Notes under the pieces: generated by a model | What the model was told of the DNA's origin: nothing | The model's database searches: none | Seen by the model: only the letters and a program-made list of their open reading frames with translations | From: a virus | Reading direction: 5' to 3' (one strand) | Length of the DNA: 39,147 bases | Virus record (IMG/VR): IMGVR_UViG_3300010347_002547 | Coordinates: 1-39,147 of that record | In this document: piece by piece, positions 16,107 through 25,897 of the stretch | Numbering within the stretch: position 1 is the stretch's first letter | Layout of the letters: every line of letters begins with the position of its first letter | Translations under genes and position numbers: made by a program

Positions 16107-17471
16107 CTATTGGTCAGTTACCGGAATCAACGACGTATTCAATAATGCAGTGTGGCGTTGATCACCAAACACTCGGATGCCAGATTGGTACCATGGTAAA
16201 CACTGTTTTAGGGCTTTTCCGAACGGAACTGCATGCATCGGATCTACATGATTAATATGGCAGAATTTTATGTACTCGGAGTAGACTCGTTCTTTGGCTA
16301 CGCATTCATCTGCGACCTCTTTTAGATGTGATTCTATAAAAGCCATCACCGGATCAGATTGCTTTTTGTACTGCTCTTTGACTTCACTGACTTCGAATGA
16401 ATTGGTGAATCTGCCTGACTCTAACAGTGGCTCCAAGTACGGTACAACCAAGTTGAGGAGGCCACTGAGTTCACGTGGATCTGTGAGCATCTTGAGTTTT
16501 TCTGCGCTTTCGGCTTTCTCTTTTTCGGTGAAGACATGCTCGAATGGTAGTATTTCGATGCGCCGGTAAAATCCGGTTGTATCATCTTTGACTCTCGGCA
16601 ACTTGTTAGCAGCAAATATGATTTTTGCGAAGTTTACGAAGTCGAATGCTCGCTCGCCTTTTCGCTGAGCGCGTATGATATCTTTGTTGGAAGTCAGCAT
16701 TTTCAGCACGTTGACGTTGGGTAGTGTGTGTTGTGAGAGGTCGCCATTTTCATTGAGAAGTTTGTTGTAGAGGTCACTGGAAGCAAATCGGTCTTCTTCC
16801 AGGTCGTGCATGCTAGTGGAGCTCACGTTTTCGTTACCAAGCATAGCACGAATTATATCAATGAAGTGAGATTTGCCTGTGCCTCCAGGCCCCAACAATA
16901 TGAAAGCCTTCTGGATAGGATATTTCCTATACAAACAATAGGCAATGAATTCTAGTGCTTTCCGGAAATCTTCTTTGCGCAATATCGTATTGAACACACT
17001 GAGGATGTTTGGACACGTCGCAGATGGATCATAATTGACATCTAGCTGAATGCGACTGTAGTAGTCTGGACTATGCGGTGTGAATTCCATTGTGTGCCAG
17101 TTCAGCATACCATTCTTACAATTTATGATGTTAGTATCTTCATCGAATACTGAGCTCTCCACATAAGTCATGCCTCTTATGATGTTTGCGACTTCTTTTA
17201 GTAGGTAGATGCTGTAAACGGTTTGGCCGTTTTGCTTTCGATATGGAGCCAATATTTGGACAAGTATCCGATGTATGATTTCGAGACCATTAGGTACATA
17301 ATGTCCACGAACATACACCAGAATTTCTTTTGTTTCGATGAGAGTAGCCATCGGTACGGCATTCACAATCATCTGCGCTAAAGCATGGTGGTTAACGGCT
17401 ACTATTTCTCCTGTTTTTGGATGAAATTTTATACAACTTTCTATATCTGGTTGTTCGAATTCAAATGACAC
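16107..17471 (-). CDS. D5/P4-like superfamily 3 helicase (no primase domain)
   Basis: D5_N-like region INCKNGML...FTPHSPDYY, Walker A GPGGTGKS, ANKLP and DDTTGFYRR motifs. Confidence 0.85.
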   Translation of the reverse strand: MSFEFEQPDIESCIKFHPKTGEIVAVNHHALAQMIVNAVPMATLIETKEILVYVRGHYVPNGLEIIHRILVQILAPYRKQNGQTVYSIYLLKEVANIIRGMTYVESSVFDEDTNIINCKNGMLNWHTMEFTPHSPDYYSRIQLDVNYDPSATCPNILSVFNTILRKEDFRKALEFIAYCLYRKYPIQKAFILLGPGGTGKSHFIDIIRAMLGNENVSSTSMHDLEEDRFASSDLYNKLLNENGDLSQHTLPNVNVLKMLTSNKDIIRAQRKGERAFDFVNFAKIIFAANKLPRVKDDTTGFYRRIEILPFEHVFTEKEKAESAEKLKMLTDPRELSGLLNLVVPYLEPLLESGRFTNSFEVSEVKEQYKKQSDPVMAFIESHLKEVADECVAKERVYSEYIKFCHINHVDPMHAVPFGKALKQCLPWYQSGIRVFGDQRHTALLNTSLIPVTDQ

Positions 17472-17504
17472 TTTATCACACTCACTGAAACAAAAAAAGG
17501 CAAT

Positions 17505-17750
17505 TTATTCGTGGTCGCGGCACATCTCATCTAGTTTACGGAACATCTCATCAAATAGGAGACGCCCCTGGAACCTCATAGCGGATTCTTGATCGGCCGC
17601 AATCGAAATATCGAATCCATAGTTGTTCAGAACAATCCGGATCTCCTCGAACATTTTATTGATTGATGCCTGATCTCGCGTATCATCAAACGTCATGTCA
17701 GACGTAATGATGGTGAATCCGCTGCCTACTATATCCGATACGTTCAGCAT
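17505..17750 (-). CDS. Hypothetical protein
   Basis: 81 aa between nrdD and the helicase, followed by a T7 run on the minus strand. Confidence 0.6.
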   Translation of the reverse strand: MLNVSDIVGSGFTIITSDMTFDDTRDQASINKMFEEIRIVLNNYGFDISIAADQESAMRFQGRLLFDEMFRKLDEMCRDHE

Positions 17751-17796
17751 ACATATTGTTTATTGGTGGACGACTATTTATAGGTTTTGCTTTGGG

Positions 17797-19674
17797 CTAG
17801 TAGAATTTTCGGCGCGGAAACTCGTACTCACGGCGAGTCTTGCTCCAATTATCAATTTTTGTGAAGTAACCTACAATCCTGGTTATATGCGAAAGGATTG
17901 GGGCGCCGCACATTGGACATGTATCGGAGTTACCGCAGACAGTAACATGACCGTTCTTGCACTCGCCAAATGAATAGTTTATGCTGAAGTGTGAGACGCC
18001 GTGCTTAACGGAATATTCGATAAGATGTTTCATGACGGCTGGATCTGTTATTCTGTCCTGGATGTTCAAGTGGAGGATGCCGCCGCCGGACAGAATGTCT
18101 TGGAAGTTGCCGGTTAGGTTGATGCGCTCCGGTAAAGATGATTCCAGAATCAGCGGTATATATTGATTGGAATATAATTCAAATGGTATCTTTTCGTTGC
18201 CGAAAAGTACTTTGTCTTTTGCTACGAATTTGGTGGCTACGGTCTCTCCGGGAATCTCTTCGACATTGAACGGATTACCGGTTTGTTGACTCAGGCTTGC
18301 GGCGAACTTCTCAATGTAAGTCAGTACATCTTTGACGAATTGTGTGCCGTTCGGATCGCGAATATCAAGCCCCATGAAGTAGCACATTTCGTAGACGCCG
18401 ATTATACCGATCGTAGAAAACATTCGGCTGAGCGAGAACCATTTCAGTGGATTATAGAACTGTAGGAAGCCTTGGTCGATGCGACGCTTCAATATTTCTT
18501 CGCGGTGTACCAAAAGCAGGTCGCGACAAACCTCTAGTTGGTGTTGCAGATGCTCATAGAATTTTGTTGTGTCCTTGTTGGACCGTAGAGCAATGCGTGG
18601 TAGATTAATCGTGACCACTCTATGCGATCCAAGGTTGGTTCCGCCGTTGCCGAAGCTATCGACTCTTGGTAGCTGAGTACGATCCGACAGCAATCTGCAA
18701 CATGATGCAATCTTGTTGCCAGTGTTCGCGTAGATGTTGAAGCAGCCGGTTTTACAGTTCACTGCAGAAATGAACGACAAGAACTCTTTATCGACTATAT
18801 CATGATTTTCCGATACCTGGAAGTTAATCGTGACTACTGGAAATCTGTATGGGCTTCCTGATGCAGGATCGCCTTCTGAGAACCACTTACAAAATATTTT
18901 TTGGATCTGCATTATGTACTCGAAATCAGGTTTACTACCGTCCGGATAAATGTGCTGACTGAATATCTTTATAAGATTCGGCATATCAAATATCGAGATA
19001 TTAATGAATGGAGATTGACCACCTACTCGAAAATTGTTGTTGTAGGTGTGGATGGCTCGTTGCAGATCATTGATGATGCGATCTTTTGATAGGTGTTCTT
19101 TTTTGGCGTACCAGGCATAATTGACTAAGAGATCGGATAGGGCGATCGCACCGGCCCACGCCTGACTACAATCCATGCCGAATTCTATGCATTGCGATAT
19201 GAAACTGTCGGCACGTTTTGGCACTAAGCTGTGTAGCTGACCGTATGGTCGACCTTGTTGCATTAACATTGATGTACTGACTGCCATACAATACGGTTGT
19301 TGTACTCCAACGCCAGAGCTGTCATGAAAATAGACGTCGCCGAACAAAATCGATTTTATGAGATGATTTGCACGTTCGGTACCGAATCGTCTCTCGGCGT
19401 ACCTATGAATTAGGTAATAACCTTCAATTTTCTGAATCCCTCGTACAATTTCTGCTCCATAATTATTTGGTGATATTCCACTATCCGCGTTCGCGTTTGC
19501 GTCTATGCTAATATCTGGTAGCTTTTCTGTGAAATATTGGTGGGAGAGCTGACCCACGTCTAGGCATCGACGACTTATTCCGTCAATGTCAAGAAGTTTT
19601 CTGCCATTTTCGTGTTGGTTAAGTTTGTTGTATATTTCGTCAAATGTGTCGCTGAATGTTGTATCGATTCTCAT
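17797..19674 (-). CDS. nrdD: Class III (anaerobic) ribonucleotide reductase, no ATP-cone
   Basis: Finger loop ASCCRL, GSHRVVTINLPR, EEIPGE, Zn site CKNGH...CPMC, glycyl radical motif TRIVGYF. ATG 19674. Confidence 0.93.
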   Translation of the reverse strand: MRIDTTFSDTFDEIYNKLNQHENGRKLLDIDGISRRCLDVGQLSHQYFTEKLPDISIDANANADSGISPNNYGAEIVRGIQKIEGYYLIHRYAERRFGTERANHLIKSILFGDVYFHDSSGVGVQQPYCMAVSTSMLMQQGRPYGQLHSLVPKRADSFISQCIEFGMDCSQAWAGAIALSDLLVNYAWYAKKEHLSKDRIINDLQRAIHTYNNNFRVGGQSPFINISIFDMPNLIKIFSQHIYPDGSKPDFEYIMQIQKIFCKWFSEGDPASGSPYRFPVVTINFQVSENHDIVDKEFLSFISAVNCKTGCFNIYANTGNKIASCCRLLSDRTQLPRVDSFGNGGTNLGSHRVVTINLPRIALRSNKDTTKFYEHLQHQLEVCRDLLLVHREEILKRRIDQGFLQFYNPLKWFSLSRMFSTIGIIGVYEMCYFMGLDIRDPNGTQFVKDVLTYIEKFAASLSQQTGNPFNVEEIPGETVATKFVAKDKVLFGNEKIPFELYSNQYIPLILESSLPERINLTGNFQDILSGGGILHLNIQDRITDPAVMKHLIEYSVKHGVSHFSINYSFGECKNGHVTVCGNSDTCPMCGAPILSHITRIVGYFTKIDNWSKTRREYEFPRRKFY

Positions 19675-19675
19675 G

Positions 19676-20155
19676 TTAAGCACCACTGTAAAGTTTTGTC
19701 AATGATTTTTGGAAATTGGTTGAAATTGGATGTCCGCGTATCCAGACTTGTTGATTGCTGGACGCGGGAAATCCATTGGTGGCTAATGACTGCACGTACG
19801 GTCCATCTATGATAATAGTTATTACCTGCCTGATATGTTCCGGTATTTCATGGTAGTAGAAGCCGGTGTACAGCACAGTAAGGATCTTGCAGTTAGTTGC
19901 TAGGTTATATAGTGCGTTTGGCTGGTAGGCGGGATCTCCGCCAGTAAATACGACACTATCATAGAAGTCCGGATACATAGCTAAGTGATCTAGGATATCT
20001 TCAGTCGTGTAATCATGGCCATTCGTGAAGTTCTGTAATGTTGGATTCTGGCATCCGATGCAATTATGATTACAGCCTTGAAAAAATATGTTAAAAGATA
20101 TGCCGATGCCATCAATGGTTGAGGTTGATGTACCGGCTATGCGAATTGGTGTCAT
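19676..20155 (-). CDS. nrdG: Anaerobic RNR activating radical SAM enzyme
   Basis: FQGCNHNCIGCQNP (CxxxCxxC), TGGDP, IIDGPY, SSNQ; adjacent to nrdD. Confidence 0.92.
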   Translation of the reverse strand: MTPIRIAGTSTSTIDGIGISFNIFFQGCNHNCIGCQNPTLQNFTNGHDYTTEDILDHLAMYPDFYDSVVFTGGDPAYQPNALYNLATNCKILTVLYTGFYYHEIPEHIRQVITIIIDGPYVQSLATNGFPASSNQQVWIRGHPISTNFQKSLTKLYSGA

Positions 20156-20156
20156 G

Positions 20157-20654
20157 TTATAGGTTTTCTTTTTGGTATATACCGGAATACACAGATTCAG
20201 ATTTGTTTGTAAGCGTCATGAAAACTAGCTGGACCAAACGGGCATTCTGGTAAATCTTTATACCGTTGGGGTTGTGTACCACTAGCATGCTTTGAGATCT
20301 ACCTGTATAACCTGGATCCCAGACGGATGTTTCGACTGTGGCACCCATTCTGATCAAACTAGATCTGGGTCGAGCGATGCCCATAGTCACAGCTGGTACA
20401 GATATAACTTCATTGAATGTGATTAGATATGCTCCAGGAGTAAGTATCCAGAACTGGTTATCAATTTGGCCTGGTTCATTTAGACGCGGTAACTCTCGAT
20501 TGGAGTTGTCAAAATCGATGGTTCCTCTACTGCGATAAGATTCGATTTTGGAAACGGTAAGATCGATGCCAACAGGCTGGATTTGTTTGGCTGGATCGAT
20601 CATGTTAGTTACGATGTTGTTGCGTGCAACATCTTCTCCTAGTAGGACTGACAT
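20157..20654 (-). CDS. dut: Trimeric dUTPase (dCTP deaminase/dUTPase superfamily)
   Basis: QPVGIDL, ARPRSSLIRMG, WDPGYTGR, RLVQLVF; lacks the TLE catalytic Glu of dCTP deaminases. Confidence 0.75.
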   Translation of the reverse strand: MSVLLGEDVARNNIVTNMIDPAKQIQPVGIDLTVSKIESYRSRGTIDFDNSNRELPRLNEPGQIDNQFWILTPGAYLITFNEVISVPAVTMGIARPRSSLIRMGATVETSVWDPGYTGRSQSMLVVHNPNGIKIYQNARLVQLVFMTLTNKSESVYSGIYQKENL

Positions 20655-20947
20655 GGTTGATTGGACTCCTTTGTGATTTGTAGTTCTTCGGGCGGTACGG
20701 TGGCTAGCATCCAGAGCCGTTTTACGGTGTTGGGCTCTTTTTGTAGCGCCTGATAAATGTTCTCTGGGATTTCAAACCAATCTTCAAAATACTTCAAGAA
20801 TATTGGTTCGAAATCATGGCAAGAAGAATCCCAGCTGAGTTGCATGTACTGACAATAACAATAAGGTAGGCCACCGCATTCTATTGATTTTTCTATTTCT
20901 TCGGATGTGGTCATATCACCGCACAATTTACATATGTAGTATTGCAT
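20639..20947 (-). CDS. Zn-binding hypothetical protein
   Basis: CKLC...CGGLPYCYC. Confidence 0.6.
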   Translation of the reverse strand: MQYYICKLCGDMTTSEEIEKSIECGGLPYCYCQYMQLSWDSSCHDFEPIFLKYFEDWFEIPENIYQALQKEPNTVKRLWMLATVPPEELQITKESNQPCQSY

Positions 20948-20948
20948 G

Positions 20949-21566
20949 TTACCATGACTCCAACATTCGTTTTGCTTTTTCTGGTAGATCTAAAATAGCT
21001 TCTAGTGGTGTTTTATACTTTTCTTTCATGGTTAATAAAGTTTTTGGCCCGATGCCTGGTAGTTCGCTCAACCACTCTGACGCGGAACCTGCTTTGATGG
21101 TGGATGTCGGCGCATCCAGTTTTGGCAAATAGTTATGGATGTGTATCAGTCGCCATACCGTTTCTTCGAGGTTCAGCGTGTAATACAGGCGGACGCCTAA
21201 TTCTTGTTGATGGGTCAGGAAGTTCGAGAATGTTTGGTAGGACATACCTTTTCTGAGAGTGTTTCCGTCATATAACCATATCTGGCTGTTGGCTATGGTA
21301 TATGTGCCTTCTAGCAAGAGGCCTATTCGATCGTAGTCCAGTTTGCGCATCTTGGCTAACCTAGTTTTTAGAGTTCTGTACGAGCCGCAAAAATCTGAAA
21401 TGCTTTTGCGCTCTATCAAGATGCTGTGTCCGGAATTTTCCAGCAGGTAGTCGGCTAACGGTAAGCACCGAAACTGGAATTCGGGGATTTCCGGACCTAG
21501 AATTTTGGTTACCAACAAATCCTGTATTTGCGGGATGAAATGCTCCCGTGTATCAACGACTATCAT
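20949..21566 (-). CDS. ERCC4/XPF-type nuclease with HhH motif
   Basis: IVVDTRE, ADY, IERKSISD, LLLEG; C-terminal LPGIGPKT. Confidence 0.85.
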   Translation of the reverse strand: MIVVDTREHFIPQIQDLLVTKILGPEIPEFQFRCLPLADYLLENSGHSILIERKSISDFCGSYRTLKTRLAKMRKLDYDRIGLLLEGTYTIANSQIWLYDGNTLRKGMSYQTFSNFLTHQQELGVRLYYTLNLEETVWRLIHIHNYLPKLDAPTSTIKAGSASEWLSELPGIGPKTLLTMKEKYKTPLEAILDLPEKAKRMLESW

Positions 21567-21646
21567 GGTGGACGCTGCTTATAATTCATATGAAAACACA
21601 ATGTCAGTCAGATGATCATGTGATCGATAATACTGAAATTGGAATA

Positions 21647-21949
21647 TCATGTCGTCAAGCTCCCATCAGTATCGTAGTAAGTATAAGATGTAGTATTATA
21701 ATTGTTGGTAGTAGTAACATCACGATATGGATCAGGTATGACTTCGTGCGTATGGAAAACCAAACTAGGATCAGGTATGAGTTTCCAAACAGAATCATCT
21801 TGAAGAATGTCACGGTAAAATCGGATCTGTTTTCCATTGGAATATCCAATTTTTGTTGCGCATTGTTCACATCTGAATTCAGACAGCCTTACCGGATTCA
21901 TGAACCAATTGTTGGTGTGGCCGCATTTGCAAACAAATTGGAATATCAT
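21647..21949 (-). CDS. Zn-ribbon protein
   Basis: CKCGH...CEQC; GGTGA RBS. Confidence 0.55.
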   Translation of the reverse strand: MIFQFVCKCGHTNNWFMNPVRLSEFRCEQCATKIGYSNGKQIRFYRDILQDDSVWKLIPDPSLVFHTHEVIPDPYRDVTTTNNYNTTSYTYYDTDGSLTT

Positions 21950-21953
21950 GTTG

Positions 21954-22766
21954 TCACCATAATATCTGCGGGACTCTGGCTGCGGCTAATACGCTCAACG
22001 GATCAGGATCTACGACTTCTAGTTGGTAGTCTGGGTTGTTGCACGGGAAATCGTGTCCGGTGCTATGTATTAGGGCAACCTGCTTTTTGACGGTTCTACC
22101 TTCTTCTTGAACATCCCGATGAATGAGCTCGATGCTAACATCCGAATTGAAGTCTGTGCTGGTCGGATAAACCAAAGGAATCTTGTTGCCGGTCTCAAAC
22201 TCGCGTGTTGTTCGATGAACTATCAATACGTTGGCGAAATTTTGGATGGTTGTTATTTGGCCGGACATAGCTTGCGTGATCAGTCCAAATTCTTGTTGAG
22301 TCGGCCACTTTCTGCGATTGACCTGTAGGTAGTGTGCAATCTCGAATGCTCTCCATCTATAAGAATCGTCTAATGCTACCCATATTTTTTCGTTGTTTGC
22401 GGCTTTTTCTTCCGCGAAGAACTTTGCCTTCTCTAAGGATATCTGGAAATCTTCCCATGTTTTCGGGAAGCAATATTGGTTTTGGTAATCAAATCCATCG
22501 ATCTTTGGTTGCCAGGTTATGTGTCCGTCTGGTTTTCTAATAGGTCGAAATATCGATCGAAAGCCTTCGCCTACTGATCGGCTAAGAGCAATCTGGTCAA
22601 ACTCTAGTTTGCCGAATGAGAGTTTGGCTGGCGGAAAATCAATGAGAACTACATTAGGAAAACTTGCGGCAAAATAAGTCTTTCCTATTTTGGTGTCCGC
22701 ATACACGGAAACTAGTAGCGGATAGGTGACCTCTCCTTCTGGAATATCAACTGTAAGATCTGGCAT
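21954..22766 (-). CDS. P-loop ATPase, Sak4/AAA_24-like recombination protein
   Basis: Walker A YADTKIGKT, VVLID, Walker B VALDD; located beside an SSB-like gene. Confidence 0.7.
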   Translation of the reverse strand: MPDLTVDIPEGEVTYPLLVSVYADTKIGKTYFAASFPNVVLIDFPPAKLSFGKLEFDQIALSRSVGEGFRSIFRPIRKPDGHITWQPKIDGFDYQNQYCFPKTWEDFQISLEKAKFFAEEKAANNEKIWVALDDSYRWRAFEIAHYLQVNRRKWPTQQEFGLITQAMSGQITTIQNFANVLIVHRTTREFETGNKIPLVYPTSTDFNSDVSIELIHRDVQEEGRTVKKQVALIHSTGHDFPCNNPDYQLEVVDPDPLSVLAAARVPQILW

Positions 22767-22796
22767 GTGTTACCTCCGAGCAAAAAATGTTTTGTT

Positions 22797-22949
22797 CTAA
22801 TTTCTGAGTAATGTTTGTAGCTTCCGGTTTTTTATTTCTGATATGATAATCCTTTTGATCGCCTCCGATACAGATTCTTTGTCGCGGCACAGTAGCTCGC
22901 AGACAGACTCTATGTCTTGATCTGTGAGATCTATTGTGATTGTCGGCAT
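22797..22949 (-). CDS. Ribbon-helix-helix-like small regulator (50 aa)
   Basis: MPTITIDLTDQDIESVCELL...SVSEAIKRII; GGGAG RBS; not in the ORF track. Confidence 0.6.
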   Translation of the reverse strand: MPTITIDLTDQDIESVCELLCRDKESVSEAIKRIIISEIKNRKLQTLLRN

Positions 22950-22979
22950 GCTGATGCTCCCATAAAGGGTGAGGCTAGA

Positions 22980-23750
22980 TTAAGCCTCACTGAAGTCTAG
23001 CGTCTTGCCGTCAGACGTGTACTTTACGTTCTTCATGATTTCCTGCCAGGCAGCTGTTGTTTCCTGATAGGAACCAAACTGTCCGCTGCCGTACAGCTCC
23101 AGGATGTCACGCTTCGGCCTGCCCTGGTAATTGGCTTTCAGGTATTCCAGGAGTGCTTTGGCGCGATCAGAAAGAGCTTCCTTGCCGGTGACAATTGGCT
23201 GAGCAAGCTCCTTCTTGACAATTGACTTCGGGTCAATGCGGGAGAATCCGCCCTTGTCCTTGACGATGGTGAGTACGAATTCGTCGCCAGGCTTGAAGAA
23301 GTCGCTCAGCTTGAATTCGTCACCTGGTTCTACTGGAATGCCGGTAGCTCTAGTGATGAAGTCGGTTAGAGCTTTTCCACCGCCGAGTCTTTCTCCGGAA
23401 GCACCCCACAGGTTGATGGGGAATTCGGCGCCGGACCTGATCTCATAGTTGTTCTCGGAAGGTATTCTGAATATGAATCGGTATTGGTCCACGAATGCAG
23501 TCTTTTCTCTGGGGCTGGTATCATTCGGACGTGCTGGCCAGTACTCGGCCGGTGTTGCATCTACAATTGCCTTCTGCTCTGGCGTAAGACTGTCATACTC
23601 CTTTTGGACAATCTGTTTGCCGCTTAGACCCATCCGGTTTTGAACCACTTTATCTTCGCGGATGATGTCCACTAACTGGGCGACGTATGTTCCTTCGGGG
23701 ATACCACCGCTTCTTATGACGATTTTCTCGTCCCAAGCTTTGTTAGACAT
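22980..23750 (-). CDS. Putative ssDNA-binding (OB-fold-like) protein
   Basis: IPEGTYVAQLVDI N-terminus typical of phage SSB-like proteins; first gene after the promoter, next to the Sak4-like ATPase. Confidence 0.5.
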   Translation of the reverse strand: MSNKAWDEKIVIRSGGIPEGTYVAQLVDIIREDKVVQNRMGLSGKQIVQKEYDSLTPEQKAIVDATPAEYWPARPNDTSPREKTAFVDQYRFIFRIPSENNYEIRSGAEFPINLWGASGERLGGGKALTDFITRATGIPVEPGDEFKLSDFFKPGDEFVLTIVKDKGGFSRIDPKSIVKKELAQPIVTGKEALSDRAKALLEYLKANYQGRPKRDILELYGSGQFGSYQETTAAWQEIMKNVKYTSDGKTLDFSEA

Positions 23751-23820
23751 AGCTATTACCTGCTTTTCTTTGTTGTGTTGATGATCTGATTTATTGTTTT
23801 GTCACCAACAATATTACATT

Positions 23821-23869
23821 ATGTTACCAAGTATATATAGTTTTTGGTTATCGGGATATTGCGTAACAT
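23821..23869 (-). promoter_or_regulatory. BRE/TATA promoter of the replication operon, flanked by a 7-bp IR
   Basis: Minus strand CCAAAAACTATATATAC; ATGTTAC (23821-23827) and GTAACAT (23863-23869) bracket it. Confidence 0.6.
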
Positions 23870-23914
23870 TGTTTCGGTGACATGTAATCCACTGAAAGCG
23901 CCCCGATAACTGTT

Positions 23915-23949
23915 AGAAAAGAAAGCACATGAAACGTGCCTTCCTTTCC
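23915..23949 (-). terminator. 14-bp RNA hairpin downstream of baseplate J (terminator or ncRNA element)
   Basis: Minus strand GGAAAGGAAGGCAC-GTTTCAT-GTGCTTTCTTTTCT pairs at all 14 positions using 3 G-U pairs. Confidence 0.55.
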
Positions 23950-24003
23950 GTTTTGTGGGGGGTAATTGTAAAATAGCATTTGCAACTATAAAAAGGTTTT
24001 GGT

Positions 24004-25425
24004 TCAGGTTACGTTGACTGTTATTGTTCTGGCGCGTATTCTTTGGTCTTCGTCTATGTTGATGACCGAACCTGGTGTGGTAATTGTGATTCCGTTACCT
24101 GTGATTTGGCATAATGTTATGTTGTCTATACCAGTGAACATTTCTGATGTATTATAGTTCATGTAGATATATAGGAATAGGTCCGACCATTCTAAGTCTT
24201 TACCGATGGTAAATTCGTTCAGGAAGGTGGTTATTGAATTTTTGACTCCATCTGAAAGGTTGAGTGGAGCGGTGTTTGTAGCAGTAATGTTTATTGTGGC
24301 GTCTATATAGACGGTACGAGGTAATATGTACATATAGGGATATTGTCCCATACCTATCAGAATGTCATAGCTATTTGTACCGGAATAGAATATTTCATCT
24401 ATGATAGCGGCACGATCTGTATTGCTTTCTAGAGTGGCTTCTACTGTGTCTCCGACAGCTGTACCTGGTGGTATGATTACCGAGGCGGTTCGAGTTCTGC
24501 CCAATATGTCAATGTAATGTAGTGTGAAAGTTTCTCCAGATAGTGCATTACTTGTTGCTCGGACCCAGATTCGGCCACCAGAGCATTCTGAAATATGGTT
24601 GGTTATGACTCCGTTTCGGATAGTAGCTCCAAGTTTACCACGACATGTTATTCCTGCGGCTACATTATCTATTAATACGTCATATATGTCGTTGTAGTCG
24701 AGACCAACACCACCACTGTAATCAACTACGACTTCTAAGTCGCCGTTACTTCTTGGGAATATGTGGGCTTCGGATATATCTTCCAAATCTGTTAGATGCT
24801 CTTCGATTACTATGGAAGTTGCGGTGCCTGTTGCGAGTACAGCATAAAAGTATCGGTTACGTAAGTCGTCGTCACTTTCTTGATCTGTACCACCAGTAAA
24901 AGCTTCTTGGTTTTCTATTCTATAGATGCCCGGGATCGGATACGGAATATTTGTGATCATGTAAGCAGATATGTTGCCTTTTGTACCGGGTTCTACTGCT
25001 CTGGCAGGTACGATAACAGAACTTTCGCCGATTCCTATTTCAGCATAAGATGTTGTTTCGAAGAATATTCGGCTGCCGTCAGCACCAATTGCTAATGCTT
25101 TTGATCCTAGTGGGATTGGTATTGGTGTGGTGGTTATTTCTATACTAGAAAAGGTTAGGGTGCCGATTGCTTGATCACCGGGTAATCGACCTTCTGGTAA
25201 TCGATCAACTACTAATGCATCCAAATCATCACCAGTAGCGGTTAGGATTGATATGCTATAGACTTCTTCTTGGATTCGCTGGTACATTAGGTTGACCTGG
25301 ATGGCGATTATTTCATCCAGAATGTCGAGCATGCTGCCAGGACTGAAGTTTCTGATCTTTGGATGGCGTCGAATTATGGCATCCTTTAAGTTGTTTTTTA
25401 TTTCGTTGATTTCTGGAATTAGCAT
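24004..25425 (-). CDS. Baseplate J-like wedge protein
   Basis: NFSPGSMLDIL, ATGDDLDAL, ARAVEPGTKGN, FTGGTDQESDDDLRNR hallmark motifs. Confidence 0.92.
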   Translation of the reverse strand: MLIPEINEIKNNLKDAIIRRHPKIRNFSPGSMLDILDEIIAIQVNLMYQRIQEEVYSISILTATGDDLDALVVDRLPEGRLPGDQAIGTLTFSSIEITTTPIPIPLGSKALAIGADGSRIFFETTSYAEIGIGESSVIVPARAVEPGTKGNISAYMITNIPYPIPGIYRIENQEAFTGGTDQESDDDLRNRYFYAVLATGTATSIVIEEHLTDLEDISEAHIFPRSNGDLEVVVDYSGGVGLDYNDIYDVLIDNVAAGITCRGKLGATIRNGVITNHISECSGGRIWVRATSNALSGETFTLHYIDILGRTRTASVIIPPGTAVGDTVEATLESNTDRAAIIDEIFYSGTNSYDILIGMGQYPYMYILPRTVYIDATINITATNTAPLNLSDGVKNSITTFLNEFTIGKDLEWSDLFLYIYMNYNTSEMFTGIDNITLCQITGNGITITTPGSVINIDEDQRIRARTITVNVT

Positions 25426-25441
25426 AAAGAACTCCTAAATA

Positions 25442-25885
25442 TTAGTAGTATTCGATTATATTGCTCAATTCGGAGGTAATGGACATAAGTTCTTCTGGTG
25501 TGTACAGAAATTCTAGTGACTCGCCTTGCGTAGTTCTTACAAGAATTTCTGTTTGGAAAGGATCAGTTAGGCTGGTTGAGCATGTTACGGTCTTTATGAT
25601 GATTTCTGGGAATTGATATTTCATGTCGGCTTCTAGGTCTTGTTCCAGTCGGCGCAAGTTTCCACGTGTGTTCTTTTCGTGGAGATAATCTAGGCAGCTG
25701 CATCCGACGTTGGGATCGTAACGCTCGCCTTTTGGTGTTGCCAGATATAGGAAGAATCGTTGTTTTAGTTCGTCCTGGTCAGAAATTAATGAGAGATCGC
25801 CGGTGGCATCGAGCACTAAGTCAAGGCTAGAGTGGCAGTGACAATGTCCGGCACTAATGTCCATGTTGGTACGTAAATCATACAT
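25442..25885 (-). CDS. gp25/gpW-like baseplate protein (sheath initiator)
   Basis: ELKQRFFLYLATPKGERYDPNVG; directly upstream of baseplate J. Confidence 0.75.
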   Translation of the reverse strand: MYDLRTNMDISAGHCHCHSSLDLVLDATGDLSLISDQDELKQRFFLYLATPKGERYDPNVGCSCLDYLHEKNTRGNLRRLEQDLEADMKYQFPEIIIKTVTCSTSLTDPFQTEILVRTTQGESLEFLYTPEELMSITSELSNIIEYY

Positions 25886-25897
25886 GATGTGATTCTC

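Noticed and set aside
20157-20654. dCTP deaminase
   Set aside because: The catalytic Glu motif after DPG is absent; dUTPase fits better.
21614-21625. Short palindrome GATCA-TG-TGATC between genes
   Set aside because: 5-bp arms are expected by chance in 39 kb; no second copy noticed.
10020-23843. Identical 15-mer AAGTATATATAGTTT at 10020 and 23829 as an att site
   Set aside because: Low complexity and coincides with TATA boxes at both sites; better explained as a shared promoter consensus.
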